Below, piece after piece: positions 23,604 through 36,429 of a stretch of 64,000 nt of DNA. The position numbers and the translations under genes were made by a program. The DNA comes from Eukaryota sp. GEM-RC1 (lineage: Eukaryota), in the NCBI GenBank assembly GCA_040285855.1, contig JAUFOQ010000005.1, positions 186,001 to 250,000 on the forward strand, in the 5' to 3' direction. The notes beneath the pieces were generated by a model that did not search any database, was not told the origin of the DNA, and saw only the letters and a program-made list of their open reading frames with translations. Position 1 is the first letter of the stretch. Every line of letters begins with the position of its first letter.

Positions 23604-25600
23604 ATGTGGACCCTTGCGAAATTCCGTCCATGGCATCCAGTCATCAGGAACCGTATGCCACCAAGTAAGCATTACTTGCTGAAGAACGTTCCACCTGGTA
23701 TCAATCCTTCCCTAATCGAACAATTCTTAGGTGGGTTATACAACAGGGATGCTGGAGACACGTACCGTTTCCCCTCAGAGAGTTCCTGGGATCCAAGACA
23801 TGGTATCACCATTGAGCCCCTCGAACCCAAATTCAGCTCTGACGGCCTAACTGTTACGTATGAGTAAACTTCGTGGTATCAACACTGCCATAACAACCAG
23901 TCCCAGATCTACCACAACGTTGCTATTAGTACTAAATGGTTATCTCCTAACCACAAGTACTCCCATCTGCCAGTGTCTTCTTTCCGTGATGGCAATTCTA
24001 GGTGAGAAGCCCTAGATGTCGACTCTACTTGAATTATACCCTTCAACGGTATTGGTGGTTCCCAGAGAGTTCTCCCACTTGCAGCTGGTGCTCTAAGTGA
24101 GGTTGGAACTAAAACTCCTAACCAGGACGAGCTAAGCCGAACTGAACGCCTTACTCCTGTAGCTCCTGGTGAGGTAGGACATCCTGAAGTCGTCGATAGA
24201 TTTTCGATTGACACGTTTGGTTTCAGATCCAGAAATGACCAATCAACTGCCAAGTTCGACGAAGAGAAAGCTAGTACGCGCTATTTAGCCCGTATGGAGC
24301 ATGAGAATGTGTACCGTAAAACCGCTTTTGCTCAAGGCCACAACAAGGCCGATTCCTCAGTAATCCACAAAGACGACCTGCTGAAAGCTAGAAAAGAACG
24401 TGCTGCTAGAGTAATTGCCGAAGCTAAACGCGAAGCGATTGGATGAAGAATATCAATCAAAATTGATAGCCGATCTGTCACCTTCCATTGAAGATCACAT
24501 TGACCTAGCAAGCTTATCCTCTGAAGACGAACGTCCTGCTAACGTCCTTCATGATACTCCGATCCTGTCTACTGGTGTAACACCAAAGATTAAGAAGAAG
24601 TCCAAGAAAGATTCCAAGAAGAACCGTCCGTTTCTCAAAAACGATGAACGACCTGAAGTAGTGTCCTTTTGCATGATTTCAGCCACTGGGCAGTGCACAA
24701 ACGAAAACAGCCTGCTCACAAAAGTTTCGACACTTGGCTTAGTTACCCGCGAAATAAGTTTGATTTTGCTAGAACAGCCTTGTGTGAGGTGGACCCGGAA
24801 GGGGTAAGCGAATTCATCGATCAGACTACTCTCTCCACCTGGAGGATGATGGACACAATCACCGACAACGGGACTCATAGTACTGTTGCTCTTGAACAAT
24901 CTATCTGGCGGTTGTTAGTGGAAAAGAGTCAATACTCTTCCACCACTGCAGCCTCGAATGCCTTAAGAGCTGTACGCTTAGGCAGAGCCAAAGATCCCCT
25001 GAATGCATCGAGAAGTTTCTCTGCAACATTTTCTTAGTGCTGAAGTGTTCCATGGCCATCCCATCTCTCTCAAGTGATTCTGCCCAAAGAGAGCATCTTC
25101 ATGCTTCCACTGTCGCTGATGTGGTCTTATCCACGTTAAACCCCAATTAAGATATTGTACCTCTGAATGAGCTACACGTTCGTTGGGACCAACAACTGAA
25201 GACGGATGATAGCCTCCTCCCTCAGTTCTGCAACGAAGTCAAAGGTATCTGGCTGACCTAGAAACGATCCACTGCTGTAGCTCCTTCGCCTGCCTCCCGA
25301 AATCTCCCTGCTAAAGGTAGACAAGACTTCCCCAGAAAACGTGGCCTCCTTCCTAGAAACCATGGTCCCAGATTTAATAGACCTCAACAGTCTCAAGATG
25401 TTAAGTCCCCAATCAAATGTTTCAATTGCGGCATCCTGGTCATCTCTCGTCTGAATGCCGTCGTGGCAAATACAGTGCTCTGACCCCTAGAGACTCGAAT
25501 GGAAAGTCCTTAAAACGTAGGTCAGGTGATAGTGATAGCAATAGAGGTCGATCAAATCGTCCTAATAGTTTTAATAAATCCAATAACTATTTTGTTCAGA
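23604..25600 (+). pseudogene. gag: Gypsy gag (unit 1; repeated in units 2-5)
   Basis: Long frame interrupted by stops and indels. Zinc knuckle CFNCG-HPGHLSSEC is split by a 1-nt deletion at ~25430. Confidence 0.8.
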
Positions 25601-25749
25601 TTTCAAAGTTACAAACTATACATTCTACACCGACAAAGTACTTGAACCCATTGGCTGCTTTGAACACACATTCAAGCAAGGGTAGAAGTACATCATATGT
25701 TGAAACAATTCGGAGTCTCAACCAGAACTTAGGGATCGAGTCAAAGGAT

Positions 25750-28700
25750 AACGGTTCCTTGTGTATTCGATTGTTGATTAACAATGTGCCAGTGACTGGT
25801 GAGTTTGATTCGGCAGCTTCGTGCTCAGTCATATCCCAAGATTTGATTCGTCACTGTGAGATGACAACGATTGACAGTTGTATTGACTACATCTCTGCGA
25901 ATAATATTCGTGCAACATCCTTAGGTAATGTAGTAGGTGTTCTGACGTTCAACGTTGGCAGCCTAGCTAACCAGATTCATGTTAAGCATACTCTCGCCGT
26001 AGTACCTGGTACCAAAATTCTACTGATTGGCAGAGATTTGCAAGAAGAACTGGGGTTGCTAACGGATGATGGTCTAGTCATCAGATTAGATAAAGAGCAT
26101 CGCACAATTCTCAATGCAGAGAGTGCATTCGATGGTAGAATGAAATCACCATGCGAATCGATCAATAATGTTCAATCAAATTCCTCAACAATAAATAATT
26201 TAAATATTGATCTGTACGGCAACACTCAAACTGACATCAGTTTATTTGAAGAGACCATTGACAACTCGGTTGTTCGATAGAATTGAATGATCCTAATAGA
26301 AGAAAGGAGCTTCTGAGTCTACTCAGTAAATATAAACAGGTGTTCTCTGAAGAGATACATCCAGATGGTATCGATTGTCCACCGATGACCATTCCCTTTT
26401 ACGATGAATCTGTGACAGTATTTCGTCCTCCTAGAAGGCTTAACCCTGAAAAACAGCGTATAGCCGAAGAAATTTTTAACGAACTTATACGACAAGGATG
26501 GGATGTACCATCGACTGGCAAGTTCAGTCGTCCCATTGTGTTCGTTGTTTATAACGACCACAAAAAGAAGCCTCGTTTGACTGGTGACTTCAGTGGACCA
26601 GACGGGATTAACGCTAATACAGTGATGCGAAAAAATTAATTTAATTATAATTAATTGAATTAATTCCCTGAGAATTAATTAATTTTAGTCGCTTAGAATT
26701 ATAATTAATTAATTGTTTCACCTTAGAATTAAAATTAATTAACGCTAATTAGGAGAATTAATTATATAATTTCTTGTCAGCCACACTATGTCATCTTCCC
26801 CAATATTCAGCAAGAAGGCATTGTTCACTTTTACATGTGTCGGACCATGATCAACCAGTGCATATGAAAACCTTACAAATACATAGTTTGATAGTGTACA
26901 AGTGGCAACATTCAAACTTGGACTGCTAAAGATCAGCGAACGCGCGATATCGTCAAAAAAATGCTTAGTGTCTGAGAAAACCCCACAACTGGCCAATAGA
27001 ATTGACTGTTGGTTCAGTATAATTGTAATAGCATCTAGGGTAACTATGAGAATCTTTCAGTTCTCTAACGAAGCAATTGTTCCGTCTCTAAAACACTGGT
27101 TGTCGGTACTTTGATGTACTCAAATCAATTTTGAACAGAACTCTCATGAGACAACGGTACAGAATTCGAGTTCAGTACAATTGACTACAGATAAAAATGC
27201 TGATTGATAATATGTTGTCTGGTATCGTATTGCTACTACAGAATTAATTGCAATTAATTGCAATTAATTAATTGTGGCACCGGAGAATTAAAATTAATTA
27301 ATTGAGGGTGTCAAGAATTAATAATTTAATTTAAATTAATGTATTCGCATCACTGCGCTAATACCAGACCGGTGAAACCAAACTTACCTCGGATCTGTGA
27401 TGTTCTAGAGTTCCTTTCGAAAGCAAGTTTTATTGGAACACTCGACCTTCCTAAAGCATTCTGGCAGCTGAACGTAGCTGAGGACGATGTTGAGTAGACC
27501 AGTGTGTCTATGCCTGGAATGTTAATTAGCTTCAAACGAGCATGTTTTGGTTTGAAAAACGTACCAGCGATTTTCCAAAACATCATGATGGAAATATTCG
27601 ATGTGGAAGGTGTATTTATTTATACAGACGATATAATTGTAGTAGGTGACACGTTCGAACAGTTTATTTCAAGAATAAATCTAGTTCTGAAACGAGCAGA
27701 ACGTTTTAGAGTACGGATTGGATTACGGAAGTGTAGGTTCACCACTTCTAAACATCCTAATAAGATTTTGGGCAGCAATTTTTGCAACAAAACCCGTAGC
27801 ATTGATGAGAAGAGAGTTTCGGCTTTGATTGCGCTTCCAGCTCCTTCAACATTTCCCGAGGTAAGAAGTTTACTTGGCGCTTTAAATTATGTTCGTGAAT
27901 GGATTCCGAATTATTCAAATTTGACTGCTGCAATCAATGAACTCACTCGTGGAAAACCAAAGAAGATTCTTTGGACTAAAGACCATGATGCTTTACTCGC
28001 ACAACTCAAGTCCGAGATACTAAACCACATGGCATTGAACTTACCTGATACTGATAAGAATATCATCATATCAACTGATGCATCCGACATTGCTGTTGGT
28101 GGTGTGATCTGGCAGGAAGAAAATCCCCCAGCTCCTCCTGGTACTCCGTTAGAAGAACGTAGAGTCAGACCTGTGTCTTTTTATAGCCGTTTACTCAATG
28201 ATGGTCAACAGAATTGGGCAACTATCCAGAAAGAGTTGTATGCCATTCTCTTGATTCTGACCGAATCTAGTTTAGAAGGTTTCCTGTTAAGTAGACACTT
28301 GACGATCTTCACTGATCATAGGAACCTTGCCTATCTAATATCAGCTCCAGAGAAGAATCGCATTGTGAAACGATGGATTCCCATTTTACCTGAGTTTGAT
28401 TTTGAGATTGTGCACAAACAATCACTGGGCTGACATTTTGTCACGCGTCATTGACCGACGTCCAGTTGAATCAATCAAATCTTTGATGATCTCAAATCTG
28501 TCCATCAAAAATGATATAACCCTTTCCCACGAAGGCTTACGCTATGATGATGCAGATTATTTTGAGATGCTCCCACGTAACACCAACGTGCTAGCTATCA
28601 AGTGTCTTCGTGACCTCTCATCCGACAATACAATTCCTTTATTTGATTCTTGGCTATCAACCATCAGGTTGGAACAACGTAAAGCGATAGAACAAGGAGA

Positions 28701-29860
28701 TCATCTGTTCACTGATGCGACTTTGTGTACAACGAGCAACGTTTACATAAACTCTAAGAACAAGATATTGATACCATCCAGTTTGGTTAAGAAGGTTCTT
28801 TACATGCTGCATGGATTAGTCTAGTCAGGACATTGAAACAAGAAACAAAGTTTGGACACACTGTGCAATAGTGGTTACGTTTGGCCAAGTATGAAAGCTG
28901 ACATGAAGAAACATGTTGAGCAATGCCCCTCGTGTCAGAAAACGGCACCTGTTCCCAAAAAGATTATTGAATCGACGGGTTCCTTATGGGCTGATAGACC
29001 TTTTGCTAGACTCAACGTCGACGCAATTGGTCGACTTCAAAAGATCAGAGTGGAAACCAATATCTATTAGTGTTTGTAGATTCTTTCACCAGATACACCA
29101 TTCTGAGCCCCCTCGAAGAACTCAACAGTAAAGAAGTAGCATATTGTCTTGTGTGGGATGTACTTGCTATCTTCGCAATACCGTTGTGTATCCACAGTAA
29201 TAATGGTACGGAGTTTGCCAATGCTATTTTCGAGACAGTTTGTAACCTACTGGCGATTGAAGTAAGTCGTTCGATTCCTCATTTCTCGCAGAGTAATGGG
29301 CTGGTGGAACGACGTCACAGAGACGTTCTGCAGAACCTACGTCGTCTCTTTGTGGACTTCAATGATTACGACAATTGGTCAACGTACATTCCAACTGTAC
29401 AGTTGCAAATCAACGCAACGAAGAGCTCTGTTACTGGGCATACTCCCTACGAATTGATGTTTGGTAGCGATTTAAGTCCTGGTGCAGATCCTTGTGGTTC
29501 ATTAGATGCTGTTGAGAAATCAACAAAGAATGTTCCGTTTATTGACGACATTAAAATGAAACTAGATCGACTAACAAAAAGAGAGAAGATGCAGAGATTC
29601 GACAATCGTCAGTCAAGCCCAAGAAGAATTCTGAGTCTAGTCAATCATTTAAGATTGGAGATCTTGTCTTGAAAGTCTCAATAACTAGTAAGCTCCACGG
29701 TAATTACTCTGGGCCTTTTCTAGTGGTATCAATCGATTCGAAGTCGTCAATGTCTTTGAAGAATCTGATCACTGGTCATGTTAGTAAGACTAGCATGCAT
29801 CAATGCAAGATCTTTCAATCAGATCTTCCAGCTGATCATGACATCCTTGGACCACGATGA
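25750..29860 (+). pseudogene. pol: Gypsy pol: protease, RT, RNase H, integrase (unit 1; repeated in units 2-4)
   Basis: PR FDSAASCSVI..LLIGRD; RT LDLPKAFWQ, FGLKN, YTDD; RNase H TDASDIAVGG, KELYAI, TDHRNL, WADILSR; IN H..H..CPSC, VDAIG, HSNNG (catalytic Asp replaced by Asn), NGLVERRH, YSGPF. Contains stops, frameshifts and a MITE insertion. Confidence 0.92.
26620..27355. mobile_element. hAT-type MITE inserted in RT (unit 1)
   Basis: TIR CAGTGATGCGAA...TTCGCATCACTG; perfect 8-bp TSD CGCTAATA; AATTAATT-rich subterminal repeats. Removing it restores the RT frame GINANTRPVKPNLP. Confidence 0.95.
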
Positions 29861-32800
29861 TACTGTCAGTATCATCTAATAAGAAAAGACCAGGTTCTTA
29901 ATAACTCAATTTAAACTAGACTAAATCTATAAGATCAGTAAAGATAAGGCTCGTAAGTATACATAATTTAAAAACAACATTACCGATGAATACATTGTAC
30001 TAAAAAATTTCAAATTCAATGAGGTGTAGAAGTATATATCCTTTGGTTTGGATACATTGAATATTTCTACAATTTGTTGAAAACTGAAGCTAAAATGAAG
30101 TGCAATTGTTTTGAAGACTGTCTAAACTGACATCTGATCACATAACCGTGGCAGAACGTTTCAATCTCTGATGCTAAAATGTGGACCCTTGCGAAATTCC
30201 GTCCATGGCATCCAGTCATCAGGAACCGTATGCCACCAAGTAAGCATTACTTGCTGAAGAACGTTCCACCTGGTATCAATCCTTCCCTAATCGAACAATT
30301 CTTAGGTGGGTTATACAACAGGGATGCTGGAGACACGTACCGTTTCCCCTCAGAGAGTTCCTGGGATCCAAGACATGGTATCACCATTGAGCCCCTCGAA
30401 CCCAAATTCAGCTCTGACGGCCTAACTGTTACGTATGAGTAAACTTTGTGGTATCAACACTGCCATAACAACCAGTCCCAGATCTACCACAACGTTGCTA
30501 TTAGTACTAAATGGTTATCTCCTAACCACAAGTACTCCCATCTGCCAGTGTCTTCTTTCCGTGATGGCAATTCTAGGTGAGAAGCCCTAGATGTCGACTC
30601 TACTTGAATTATACCCTTCAACGGTATTGGTGGTTCCCAGAGAGTTCTCCCACTTGCAGCTGGTGCTCTAAGTGAGGTTGGAACTAAAACTCCTAACCAG
30701 GACGAGCTAAGCCGAACTGAACGCCTTACTCCTGTAGCTCCTGGTGAGGTAGGACATCCTGAAGTCGTCGATAGATTTTCGATTGACACGTTTGGTTTCA
30801 GATCCAGAAATGACCAATCAACTGCCAAGTTCGACGAAGAGAAAGCTAGTACGCGCTATTTAGCCCGTATGGAGCATGAGAATGTGTACCGTAAAACCGC
30901 TTTTGCTCAAGGCCACAACAATGCCGATTCCTCAGTAATCCACAAAGACGACCTGCTGAAAGCTAGAAAAGAACGTGCTGCTAGAGTAATTGCCGAAGCT
31001 AAACGCGAAGCGATTGGATGAAGAATATCAATCAAAATTGATAGCCGATCTGTCACCTTCCATTGAAGATCACATTGACCTAGCAAGCTTATCCTCTGAA
31101 GACGAACGTCCTGCTAACGTCCTTCATGATACTCCGATCCTGTCTACTGGTGTTACACCAAAGATTAAGAAGAAGTCCAAGAAAGATTCCAAGAAGAACC
31201 GTCCGTTTCCCAAAAACGATGAACGACCTGAAGTAGTGTCCTTTTGCATGATTTCAGCCACTGGGCAGTGCACAAACGAAAACAGCCTGCTCACAAAAGT
31301 TTCGACACTTGGCTTATTTACCCGCGAAATAAGTTTGATTTTGCTAGAACAGCCTTGTGTGAGGTGGACCCGGAAGGGGTAAGCGAATTCATCGATCAGA
31401 CTACTCTCTCCACCTGGAGGATGATGGACACAATCACCGACAACGGGACTCATAGTACTGTTGCTCTTGAACAATCTATCTGGCGGTTGTTAGTGGAAAG
31501 AGTCATAACTCTTCCACCACTGCAGCCTCGAATGCCTTAAGAGCTGTACGCTTAGGCAGAGCCAAAGATCCCCTGAATGCATCGAGAAGTTTCTCTGCAA
31601 CATTTTCTTAGTGCTGAAGTGTTCCATGGCCATCCCATCTCTCTCAAGTGATTCTGCCCAAAGAGAGCATCTTCATGCTTCCACTGTCGCTGATGTGGTC
31701 TTATCCACGTTAAACCCCAATTAAGATATTGTACCTCTGAATGAGCTACACGTTCGTTGGGACCAACAACTGAAGACGGATGATAGCCTCCTCCCTCAGT
31801 TCTGCAACGAAGTCAAAGGTATCTGGCTGACCTAGAAACGATCCACTGCTGTAGCTCCTTCGCCTGCCTCCCGAAATCTCCCTGCTAAAGGTAGACAAGA
31901 CTTCCCCAGAAAACGTGGCCTCCTTCCTAGAAACCATGGTCCCAGATTTAATAGACCTCAACAGTCTCAAGATGTTAAGTCCCCAATCAAATGTTTCAAT
32001 TGCGGCATCCTGGTCATCTCTCGTCTGAATGCCGTCGTGGCAAATACAGTGCTCTGACCCCTAGAGACTCGAATGGAAAGTCCTTAAAACGTAGGTCAGG
32101 TGATAGTGATAGCAATAGAGGTCGATCAAATCGTCCTAATAGTTTTAATAAATCCAATAACTATTTTGTTCAGATTTCAAAGTTACAAACTATACATTCT
32201 ACACCGACAAAGTACATGAACCCATTGGCTGCTTTGAACACACATTCAAGCAAGGGTAGAAGTACATCATATGTTGAAACAATTCGGAGTCTCAACCAGA
32301 ACTTAGGGATCGAGTCAAAGGATAACGGTTCCTTGTGTATTCGATTGTTGATTAACAATGTGCCAGTGACTGGTGAGTTTGATTCGGCAGCTTCGTGCTC
32401 AGTCATATCCCAAGATTTGATTCGTCACTGTGAGATGACAACGATTGACAGTTGTATTGACTACATCTCTGCGAATAATATTCGTGCAACATCCTTAGGT
32501 AGTGTAGTAGGTGTTCTGACGTTCAACGTTGGCAGCCTAGCTAACCAGATTCATGTTAAGCATACTCTCGCCGTAGTACCTGGTACCAAAATTCTACTGA
32601 TTGGCAGAGATTTGCAAGAAGAACTGGGGTTGCTAACGGATGATGGTCTAGTCATCAGATTAGATAAAGAGCATCGCACAATTCTCAATGCAGAGAGTGC
32701 ATTCGATGGTAGAATGAAATCACCATGCGAATCGATCAATAATGTTCAATCAAATTCCTCAACAATAAATAATTTAAATATTGATCTGTACGGCAACACT

Positions 32801-35800
32801 CAAACTGACATCAGTTTATTTGAAGAGACCATTGACAACTCGGTTGTTCGATTGAATTGAATGATCCTAATAGAAGAAAGGAGCTTCTGAGTCTACTCAG
32901 TAAATATAAACAGGTGTTCTCTGAAGAGATACATCCAGATGGTATCGATTGTCCACCGATGACCATTCCCTTTTACGATGAATCTGTGACAGTATTTCGT
33001 CCTCCTAGAAGGCTTAACCCTGAAAAACAGCGTATAGCCGAAGAAATTTTTAACGAACTTATACGACAAGGATGGGATGTACCATCGACTGGCAAGTTCA
33101 GTCGTCCCATTGTGTTCGTTGTTTATAACGACCACAAAAAGAAGCCTCGTTTGACTGGTGACTTCAGTGGACCAGACGGGATTAACGCTAATACAGTGAT
33201 GCGAAAAAATTAATTTAATTATAATTAATTGAATTAATTCCCTGAGAATTAATTAATTTTAGTCGCTTAGAATTATAATTAATTAATTGTTTCACCTTAG
33301 AATTAAAATTAATTAACGCTAATTAGGAGAATTAATTATATAATTTCTTGTCAGCCACACTATGTCATCTTCCCCAATATTCAGCAAGAAGGCATTGTTC
33401 ACTTTTACATGTGTCGGACCATGATCAACCAGTGCATATGAAAACCTTACAAATACATAGTTTGATAGTGTACAAGTGGCAACATTCAAACTTGGACTGC
33501 TAAAGATCATCGAACGCGCGATATCGTCAAAAAAATGCTTAGTGTCTGAGATTCAAAACGTAAAACCCCACAACTGGCCAATAGAATTGACTGTTGGTTC
33601 AGTATAATTGTAATAGCATCTAGGGTAACTATGAGAATCTTTCAGTTCTCTAACGAAGCAATTGTTCCGTCTCTAAAACACTGGTTGTCGGTACTTTGAT
33701 GTACTCAAATCAATTTTGAACAGAACTCTCATGAGACAACGGTACAGAATTCGAGTTCAGTACAATTGACTACAGATAAAAATGCTGATTGATAATATGT
33801 TGTCTGGTATCGTATTGCTACTACAGAATTAATTGCAATTAATTGCAATTAATTAATTGTGGCACCGGAGAATTAAAATTAATTAATTGAGGGTGTCAAG
33901 AATTAATAATTTAATTTAAATTAATGTATTCGCATCACTGCGCTAATACCAGACCGGTGAAACCAAACTTACCTCGGATCTGTGATGTTCTAGAGTTCCT
34001 TTCGAAAGCAAGTTTTATTGGAACACTCGACCTTCCTAAAGCATTCTGGCAGCTGAACGTAGCTGAGGACGATGTTGAGTAGACCAGTGTGTCTATGCCT
34101 GGAATGTTAATTAGCTTCAAACGAGCATGTTTTGGTTTGAAAAACGTACCAGCGATTTTCCAAAACATCATGATGGAAATATTCGATGTGGAAGGTGTAT
34201 TCATTTATACAGACGATATAATTGTAGTAGGTGACACGTTCGAACAGTTTATTTCAAGAATAAATCTAGTTCTGAAACGAGCAGAACGTTTTAGAGTACG
34301 GATTGGATTACGGAAGTGTAGGTTCACCACTTCTAAACATCCTAATAAGATTTTGGGCAGCAATTTTTGCAACAAAACCCGTAGCATTGATGAGAAGAGA
34401 GTTTCGGCTTTGATTGCGCTTCCAGCTCCTTCAACATTTCCCGAGGTAAGAAGTTTACTTGGCGCTTTAAATTATGTTCGTGAATGGATTCCGAATTATT
34501 CAAATTTGACTGCTGCAATCAATGAACTCACTCGTGGAAAACCAAAGAAGATTCTTTGGACTAAAGACCATGATGCTTTACTCGCACAACTCAAGTCCGA
34601 GATACTAAACCACATGGCATTGAACTTACCTGATACTGATAAGAATATCATCATATCAACTGATGCATCCGACATTGCTGTTGGTGGTGTGATCTGGCAG
34701 GAAGAAAATCCCCCAGCTCCTCCTGGTACTCCGTTAGAAGAACGTAGAGTCAGACCTGTGTCTTTTTATAGCCGTTTACTCAATGATGGTCAACAGAATT
34801 GGGCAACTATCCAGAAAGAGTTGTATGCCATTCTCTTGATTCTGACCGAATCTAGTTTAGAAGGTTTCCTGTTAAGTAGACACTTGACGATCTTCACTGA
34901 TCATAGGAACCTTGCCTATCTAATATCAGCTCCAGAGAAGAATCGCATTGTGAAACGATGGATTCCCATTTTACCTGAGTTTGATTTTGAGATTGTGCAC
35001 AAACAATCACTGGGCTGACATTTTGTCACGCGTCATTGACCGACGTCCAGTTGAATCAATCAAATCTTTGATGATCTCAAATCTGTCCATCAAAAATGAT
35101 ATAACCCTTTCTCACGAAGGCTTACGCTATGATGATGCAGATTATTTTGAGATGCTCCCACGTAACACCAACGTGCTAGCTATCAAGTGTCTTCGTGACC
35201 TCTCATCCGACAATACAATTCCTTTATTTGATTCTTGGCTATCAACCATCAGGTTGGAACAACGTAAAGCAATAGAACAAGGAGATCATCTGTTCACTGA
35301 TGCGACTTTGTGTACAACGAGCAACGTTTACATAAACTCTAAGAACAAGATATTGATACCATCCAGTTTGGTAAAGAAGGTTCTTTACATGCTGCATGGA
35401 TTAGTCTAGTCAGGACATTGAAACAAGAAACAAAGTTTGGACACACTGTGCAATAGTGGTTACGTTTGGCCAAGTATGAAAGCTGACATGAAGAAACATG
35501 TTGAGCAATGCCCCTCGTGTCAGAAAACGGCACCTGTTCCCAAAAAGATTATTGAATCGACGGGTTCCTTATGGGCTGATAGACCTTTTGCTAGACTCAA
35601 CGTCGACGCAATTGGTCGACTTCCAAAAGATCAGAGTGGAAACCAATACCTATTAGTGTTTGTAGATTCTTTCACCAGATACACCATTCTGAGCCCCCTC
35701 GAAGAACTCAACAGTAAAGAAGTAGCATATTGTCTTGTGTGGGATGTACTTGCTATCTTCGCAATACCGTTGTGTATCCACAGTAATAATGGTACGGAGT

Positions 35801-36429
35801 TTGCCAATGCTATTTTCGAGGCAGTTTGTAACCTACTGGCGATTGAAGTAAGTCGTTCGATTCCTCATTTCTCGCAGAGTAATGGGCTGGTGGAACGACG
35901 TCACAGAGACGTTCTGCAGAACCTACGTCGTCTCTTTGTGGACTTCAATGATTACGACAATTGGTCAACGTACATTCCAACTGTACAGTTGCAAATCAAC
36001 GCAACGAAGAGCTCTGTTACTGGGCATACTCCCTACGAATTGATGTTTGGTAGCGATTTAAGTTCTGGTGCAGATCCTAGTGGTTCATTAGATGCTGTTG
36101 AGAAATCAACAAAGAATGTTCCGTTTATTGACGACATTAAAATGAAACTAGATCGACTAACAAAAAGAGAGAAGGTGCAGAGATTCGACAATCGTCAGTC
36201 AAGCCCAAGAAGAATTCTGAGTCTAGTCAATCATTTAAGATTGGAGATCTTGTCTTGAAAGTCTCAATAACTAGTAAGCTCCACGGTAATTACTCTGGGC
36301 CTTTTCTAGTGGTATCAATCGATTCGAAGTCGTCAATGTCTTTGAAGAATCTGATCACTGGTCATGTTAGTAAGACTAGCATGCATCAATGCAAGATCTT
36401 TCAATCAGATCTTCCAGCTGATCATGACA
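29844..36429 (+). repeat. Array unit 2 (6586 bp), degenerate gag-pol
   Basis: Near-identical to unit 1; junction GACATCCTTGGACC. Confidence 0.9.
33194..33940. mobile_element. hAT MITE copy (unit 2, 747 bp)
   Basis: Same TIR and CGCTAATA TSD. Confidence 0.95.

Larger units (their letters stand above)
23270..29843 (+). repeat. Array unit 1 (6574 bp)
   Basis: Starts TCCTTGGACCACG; 11-bp deletion in its MITE relative to units 2-4. Confidence 0.9.

Noticed and set aside
26620..27355. Intron, CRISPR array or replication origin in the AT-rich RT insert
   Set aside because: Bounded by TIRs and an 8-bp TSD; no GT-AG ends and no regular repeat-spacer structure.
23604..29860. Stop-codon reassignment or readthrough explaining in-frame stops in gag-pol
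   Set aside because: All three stop types occur, together with frameshifts, a MITE and a catalytic-site mutation. Host genes end normally at TAG and have long stop-free frames.
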